64,000 bases of DNA from assembly GCA_963790795.1 (NCBI GenBank), contig CAWBPO010000001.1:38675-102674 (forward strand), written 5' to 3'. The translations under genes and the position numbers were made by a program. Below the pieces are notes generated by a model. It was not told the DNA's origin. It ran no database searches and worked only from the letters and a program-made list of their open reading frames with translations. The stretch comes from an uncultured bacterium (lineage in GTDB: Bacteria > Patescibacteriota > Minisyncoccia > Minisyncoccales > RBG-13-42-11). Each line of letters opens with the position of its first letter. Position 1 is the first letter of the stretch. Positions 62,119-64,000 of this stretch are shown here, one piece after another.

Positions 62119-64000
62119 TTACTCACCTGGCCCTTGGACCCAGCCAGAATTATTTCCCTGGTTGTCCCAAACTCTCACCCACCAGTAATATGTATAATTA
62201 TAGCTTAATTCATTCACTCCTGGATTAATAGAAACAGAAACTGTTTGTGTTTGCGTGGTATTGTTTGGTATACCAGTAGTATAATCAGAGTCAACTTTTG
62301 GATTTGGAGCATCAACATTGTTGACATCGTTAATTCTAAATTGAAATCTTGAGCCTGGATTTCCATCAGGATCATAGTAAGTCCAGCTAAAAGATATTGT
62401 CATATGTCCTTGAAAGGAAGTGCAATAGTTTTTATTACTGATTGTTGGGTTAAGAACTTGCGGCGGTTGATCAGGCGTAGTCACTGTTATCTGGATAGTG
62501 CAAGTCCCTCCCGGACAGCTGCCGGTATTTGTGCTCCAAGCGCCTAAATTGTCCTGAACTCTTAATTTGACGCAATAAGTGGCTGCTGAAGCATAAATAT
62601 ATCCTATGAAGTTATCAGTAGTTGTTGTGTCCCAGGTTCCGTCTCCGTTAAAATCCAATTGATAAGCAGAAATTGAACCGCCTGGATCAGAGCCTGCTCC
62701 TGTAAAAATTATATCCAAAGGCACGTCTCCTGAAGTTGGAGAAGCAAAAACGTTAGTACAAGTAGGGGGATTGTTGCTAAAAGTAGCCGTAACATTCTTT
62801 GCCGAACTCATGGTTACATAGCAATAAACTCCGCTAGAGCTGTCGCAACCTGACCAGCTGGAAAAACTATAGCCTGTTGCCGGGGAAGCGGTTAAAGTAA
62901 CATACGTTCCTCCGCTGAAAGATGCTGAACAGGTAGAATAGCCGTTCCCGCAGTTAATTCCGGATGGACTGCTTTGCACGTTCCCTGCTGAATTGCTTGG
63001 CAAAATAGTGACATTTAGGGCGTAGTTATTGATAGTAAAAGTAGCCGTAACATTCTTTGCCGAACTCATGGTTACATAGCAATAAACTCCGCTAGAGCTG
63101 TCGCAACCTGACCAGCTGGAAAAACTATAGCCTGTTGCCGGGGAAGCGGTTAAAGTAACATACGTTCCTCCGCTGAAAGATGCTGAACAGGTAGAATAGC
63201 CGTTCCCGCAGTTAATTCCGGATGGACTGCTTTGCACGTTCCCTGCTGAATTGCTTGGCAAAATAGTGACATTTAGGGCGTAGTTAATCAAAGTAGTAAA
63301 TTGCTGCTGACCGCCATCGCGAAGATAAATAGCCACTCTTTTTTCGTTGGTACTAGCTAAATCTGACCAGCCAGCTGAGTTATATGCCTGGGCTTTGTAA
63401 TAATATATATTTGTATTGCCGGGAGTAATTCCGGTTAGAGTGAAATCACATGAAAATGCGCCGGTAAATGTACCTGAACTGCTGCAGGCGGTATTTGTAT
63501 AAGGACCTCCGGAGGTGTTTGACCACATAAATCTTATTTGAGTAACGGTTGCTCCACCAGTATTCGTTATGGTTCCCTTTAAAGTAGTCTGGTTGTTTTG
63601 AAGCTGGGTAGGAACACTAATGGTAGCAATGTCAGTAGTAACTGTCGAAGGTGAAACACCAGAGGCTACATTCACATTAACGCTTGTCCCATTAGTGGTA
63701 TTACCAGCCGCATCAGAACATCTGGCATACATTGTATGGGTACCGGTGGTAGTGAAGGTGTGGGAACGGGAAGCAGTACAACTGGTGCAGGGCGGGCCAG
63801 ACATTGCACCCTGGCTTACTCCGTCAGCATAAAGATTACAAGAAGACACGCTTACATTGTCTGATACCGAAGCGGAAAAAGTTGTTGCTACATTGACTGT
63901 GGCTGAAGTAGGTGAGGTTTGACCAACAGTGGGGGGGGTGGTATCAGCTGGTGGGTTCTCAATAATGGTTACATCTTCTAAAAGTAAATCTACACCGGAG
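62119..64000 (-). CDS. large secreted protein with tandem divergent InlB-B-repeat-like modules; 5' end lies beyond the window
   Basis: Two identical 86-aa repeats (YALNVTILPSNSAGNVQSSPSGINCGNGYSTCSASFSGGTYVTLTASPATGYSFSSWSGCDSSSGVYCYVTMSSAKNVTATF); reading frame open to position 64000. Confidence 0.6.
   Translation of the reverse strand, partial: SGVDLLLEDVTIIENPPADTTPPTVGQTSPTSATVNVATTFSASVSDNVSVSSCNLYADGVSQGAMSGPPCTSCTASRSHTFTTTGTHTMYARCSDAAGNTTNGTSVNVNVASGVSPSTVTTDIATISVPTQLQNNQTTLKGTITNTGGATVTQIRFMWSNTSGGPYTNTACSSSGTFTGAFSCDFTLTGITPGNTNIYYYKAQAYNSAGWSDLASTNEKRVAIYLRDGGQQQFTTLINYALNVTILPSNSAGNVQSSPSGINCGNGYSTCSASFSGGTYVTLTASPATGYSFSSWSGCDSSSGVYCYVTMSSAKNVTATFTINNYALNVTILPSNSAGNVQSSPSGINCGNGYSTCSASFSGGTYVTLTASPATGYSFSSWSGCDSSSGVYCYVTMSSAKNVTATFSNNPPTCTNVFASPTSGDVPLDIIFTGAGSDPGGSISAYQLDFNGDGTWDTTTTDNFIGYIYASAATYCVKLRVQDNLGAWSTNTGSCPGGTCTIQITVTTPDQPPQVLNPTISNKNYCTSFQGHMTISFSWTYYDPDGNPGSRFQFRINDVNNVDAPNPKVDSDYTTGIPNNTTQTQTVSVSINPGVNELSYNYTYYWWVRVWDNQGNNSGWVQGPGE
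62783..63298. repeat. two identical 258-bp tandem repeats (coding InlB-B-repeat-like module)
   Basis: 62783-63040 and 63041-63298 essentially 100% identical. Confidence 0.8.

Overview
Low-GC, gene-dense bacterial window. The gene content (comF-dprA-comM, type IV pilin-like genes, giant repeat-rich surface proteins, paralogous O-antigen-ligase/TPR membrane proteins, compact informational genes) looks like a Patescibacteria/CPR-type genome. This placement is inference only.

Layout:
- Core block, 1-20.1 kb (mostly - strand): trpS 3' end, a phosphohexomutase, ychF, rpsF-ssb-rpsR, recA, ftsK, rpoC, rpoB (split by a 1-nt frameshift in a T4/A4 run), an O-antigen-ligase/TPR membrane protein, and a competence-like operon comF-dprA-comM-yraN. 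The operon is peppered with a GTTGAGG...CCTCAAC hairpin repeat family.
- Accessory island, 20.1-42.8 kb. It opens with an IS200/IS605-like HUH TnpA plus an AbiEii-like nucleotidyltransferase pair, bracketed by directly repeated 40-bp hairpin elements. Then ~16.5 kb on the - strand is tiled by at least 12 same-strand ORFs that are fragments of one or a few giant fibre/adhesin proteins. They carry PbH1, 40-aa FVQCTNDDCST, BNR-like, LVIVD-like and 50-aa Cys repeats, GIGTT.P tail-fibre motifs and a tail-fibre-type C-terminal domain, and are broken by frameshifts and nonsense codons. Two more signal-anchored tail-fibre-like proteins follow; one is fused to an N-terminal MerR-like HTH.
- 42.8-52.5 kb: AT-rich divergent intergenic region, a compact IS1595-like Zn-ribbon transposase-like gene, then an atypical F-type ATP synthase operon. 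Its c-like hairpin is fused to a secreted N-terminal domain and lacks the conserved carboxylate. No a subunit is present. A GIY-YIG gene sits in the loop of a palindrome between atpF and atpH. A CheY-like response regulator and a histidine kinase follow. The atp/two-component block is flanked by copies of a ~45-bp hairpin element.
- 52.5-64 kb: second O-antigen-ligase/TPR paralog, FtsW/RodA, ligA (interrupted by an in-frame TGA before the BRCT domain), then a - strand cluster of four pilin/pseudopilin-like genes (one frameshifted in an A4 run) preceded by two large secreted proteins. One has identical 258-bp InlB-B-repeat-like tandem repeats and a G8 tract.

No rRNA, tRNA or CRISPR array was recognised. 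The frameshifts fall mostly in homopolymers, so the assembly may carry indel errors. This cannot be separated from real gene decay using the sequence alone.
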